NCBI RefSeq assembly: GCF_052425735.1
Contig: NC_135759.1
Location: forward strand, 8,804,001-8,868,000
DNA length: 64,000 nucleotides
Direction of reading: 5' to 3'
From: Oculina patagonica
Lineage: Eukaryota
Shown: piece after piece, positions 60,876-64,000 of the stretch
Position numbering within the stretch: position 1 is the first letter of the stretch
How the letters are laid out: each line of letters opens with the position of its first letter
The notes under the pieces: model-generated
The model's database searches: none
Told to the model about the DNA's origin: nothing
What the model saw: only the letters and a program-made list of their open reading frames with translations
Made by a program: the position numbers and the translations under genes

Positions 60876-63451
60876 TTAGAAAGAGAGCAAGTACGCGCTT
60901 AAGCAAGCCAAAACAACATAAGATACAAAATGTGGGACAATCCGACCAGCTGTATCCTTTGGAGCGGTTGTCACTGGCTGCATGGCCGCCATAGCCTTCT
61001 TGATCAGGTTATGTTTACCACTCAATATTCCAGTATTGCTGTGTTTAGACAGGCCAGAATTTGCATCCGAAGAGGTATGGGCAGCCCATACAACTGTTAC
61101 TTCGGTATCATCCTGAAAATCAAAACATTTGGATGTGACATTTTGCTGCCAATTACAATGTTAATAGTTCATTATCAAGCTCTCTGCACGCATTGCAGTC
61201 CTATAATCCTGTCATACGTATTGTTATAATCATGCCCTCTTCGTGCATTGTGAGCCTACAATTTTAGATAGTTTATTATCTGTCTGTTCGCATTTTAAGT
61301 CATCATCCCTGAACTTATAAATTCCAACACTGTTTTGCCTATTTCCACTTATTTAATAGGCCGATATATAGAGCTGTTTTCGCTTGAGTGTCGAAAGTTA
61401 TCCTTGTTTCCTTTTAATTGCACTACTACGCTTAGTAATTGATTTACCTTATTATAGGAAATTAACGTTTGTGTTAATTAAGGTAATTAACGCGACTTAA
61501 ATTAACGCGAATCGAAGGAAAAATTACTTCTCAATAAAGGAAATTAACGCGAAAGAGAGGGTAACATTTTAAAATGAAGGAAATTAACACGACGTTCACA
61601 AAGAAAATCACTTGTTGAGACAACAGGAAAAACTTTATTTCAACACTATGCGTATAATCCGAGACGGAAACAATTTCCGTGTTACTTCGAGTATTTTTCA
61701 GAACTTCAGTGATATCATAGAATTCCAACCTGATGAAATAATGCTTTATTCTAGGAGATTAGAATGTCTTGACTGTATCGAGAAGTTTGGGCCAAAAGAA
61801 CGAAAATTAAGGTCATGGAAATTAACGCTCCACTTAATTAACGGCACGGAAATAAACGTTACCAAAAATTAACCCGATTAAATTAACGTTAGTTTCCTAT
61901 AATAAGCCCTGATAATAAGGTAAAACACTAGCACCGTTTTTACAGCCAATCAGAAGTAAAACCAAAACCAATGGTATCTCGCTCGAGCACGTTTTCACGC
62001 CCTTAGTGCCGGCTACATGAATTTGCTTCGAGTTTTGATTGGTTCACTGAATTACCTGTGTCCTTTGTGATTAGCCAGAGGGATAACTTTGATTTTGGTT
62101 TTGCGACACTAAATTAAAAATTACTCTGACTTCAAATTTTACTTCATTGTCTCTCGTATTTGTAAACCCTTACCGTAAACTGCACATCATTGGCACTGTC
62201 TCCTGTATTAGCATCCCTGGAGAACTCCACAATGGTATTTCCACCATCTTCACTTGCCTTAATAAGGTTAAAGTTCTGCTTTGCATCTTTAGGTGGATTT
62301 CCTGTCGTGGTACTCCAGAAATCCTGCAAGAAAAAGCAAACTTTTTGCAGGCAACGATCAATGTAATTCCTGAGCAGTGAGTGATGAGAAAGGTAGTATT
62401 TTAAAGTTACTGCTCTTACAACACAATAGAGTGGTTCGGGTATTTGCATGGCACGTCTCGAATTTTAATTGAGAGAGAAATATTTATTAATCTATGTTGC
62501 TAAATCTTCCGTTTGCCCAGTTTTCAGGTCTTTTTTAATAAGCGCTCACCTTGATGTTAGGAAAAGTTAATAAGCGCCCAGCCTCGAATAAGCACCCCCT
62601 CCACACCAAAAAACCTAAATGCACAGGGAGGCATGCAGCAAAAAGAGTTCACTAATTGACCCTATTGACAAGATTTAAATGGACTAAGTATTATTAAGAG
62701 ACTTCCGCGAACCCCGAGTTTTCTTTGTATTTTACAGAAACTTTTAATAAACAGTTAAAATTCTGCTTTCGTTCATTTTTACGTTTTGTTATGATTATTG
62801 TTTTGTTGCAAATAAACTTACTTCTTGCAGAAAATGCTGAAGATTTGGTAAGCGCCCGTCACGAATAAGCGCCACTCTCAAGGTCCAAAAATTTAATAAG
62901 CGCATATACGGTATTTATACGTCAAATGATCAGACCATTCAAAAGGATTCGAACATTTTTTAAGCTTGTCACCTCGCTGCTAAGGAAAACATCCAAACAT
63001 AAAATAAACAACAATTTTATTTACTTACATCAATGTATCCCGCACCAGAAGCGTACCCAGCAACCGCTATATCGTAATTCACCATGCTCTTTCCATCAGC
63101 AGTCTTGGTAAATCCTACCGCACACCAGCCTGTTGTTTTACAAGTCATTTTGAACATCAACTTGCTGTTGCTGTAAGTCCATTGTAGCTTAAAGAAACCA
63201 TCAGGAGAGACGAGGCTTGCATAAGATGGCGGCTTAGCTGTGGAGCCTCCTGCATCCATTGATGAGGTAGGAAGCATGGCTGTTGCGGATGGTTGTATGC
63301 CCGAAGATGGCTGCATGGCCGACATTGCCATGGATATCAGGTTGTGTTTACCACTCAATATTGCCGTGCCGCCAGCACTGTGCTTTGTCAGGGCGTTATT
63401 TGCATCGCTGCTGGTATGGTAAGCATACACAACTATGACTTCAGTATCATT
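60876..63451 (-). CDS. Tandem DOMON-domain protein, last three coding exons (63451-63029, 62323-62174, 61112-60876); probable GPI-anchor signal; 5' part beyond the window
   Basis: All junctions are phase-0 GT-AG. Encodes FKLQWTY...GWCAVGF...SMVNYDIAV...YID|DFWS...PPKD...TIVEFSRDANTGD..D|DDTEVTVVWA...KH, which includes the DOMON Met and His positions. Ends in a hydrophobic tail VPHFVSYVVLACLSAYLLSF*. Confidence 0.9.
61370..62128. mobile_element. AGAG-terminated MITE with a nested TA-flanked element (~61447-61920) rich in AATTAACG motifs
   Basis: Outer ends AGAGCTGTTTTC..GAGTGTCG / CGACACTAAATTAAAAATTACTCT; inner ends CCTTATTATAGGAAATTAACG / CGTTAGTTTCCTATAATAAG. A truncated outer-family copy lies at ~46216-46375. 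Confidence 0.65.
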
Positions 63452-64000
63452 CTGCAAAAAAAAAAAAAAAAAAAAAAATAAGACGGATTCCGCTGAAAGT
63501 TCGAGCAATGAGTGCAAAAATTAAGTACCAAAAGCCTAGTCATGCATAGTACGGTAACATTTTATATACTATTTGAAACATCTCACTGAAATTCATTTGT
63601 CTTAGTGACCCTGTGATTATAAACTCTAAAGCATTCTCGAGAAAGTTTAAGTTAAATCTTTTAAAAGTGTTTAAAGCGCGCGCTGATTTATTTTATACGG
63701 GCGTGAAACTTCTGTTTTAACTGAAATGTAGATAATTTTTCAAATCCATTTTTCTCTAGAAGGTAAGCTTAAGAGCTAGAGTTTAGGTAGGGTTTTGTTA
63801 GCTTTACTCAAACTGTTACCATGCTATGAGATCTCTGAGGTACCTTTTTTGGCCTGTATTGTTCGAGTGTTCGGCAGAAACCATCTTAAACAAACTACAA
63901 AACCAATATCACAGCTTGAACAAATCAATTTTTTTTGGAAAAAGAGATAACCGTTCTATAGATATTAAATTAAACTGGATTCCAATTCTCGTTTCTTTCA

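Overview
AT-rich, intron-rich eukaryotic DNA with three N-gaps. The repeat families and gene style point to a cnidarian, most likely a stony coral; this is inference and no marker gene here proves it. Genes read from splice signals plus translation: (1) the last two exons of a matrix metalloproteinase (catalytic plus hemopexin, apparently with no hinge); (2) a disrupted rhodopsin-class GPCR; (3) an intronless orphan 4-TM protein; (4) an intact intronless rhodopsin-class GPCR; (5) a complete 36-coding-exon SMC3 (about 1204 aa) with a U12-type intron that carries a 28S-rRNA-derived, SINE-like insert; (6) a two-exon, 83-aa HOPX-like homeodomain-only gene that the ORF track only partly captures; (7) the 3' exons of a tandem-DOMON, probably GPI-anchored protein. 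Intergenic and intronic DNA is full of MITEs (hAT5-, piggyBac-, Kolobok-, Harbinger-, Tc1/pogo- and Merlin-like), a Helentron-type HINE, tRNA-derived SINEs, and L2 and Tx1/L1 LINE remnants. The strongest leads are the HOPX-like gene in an apparent non-bilaterian and the 28S-derived retroelement candidate.
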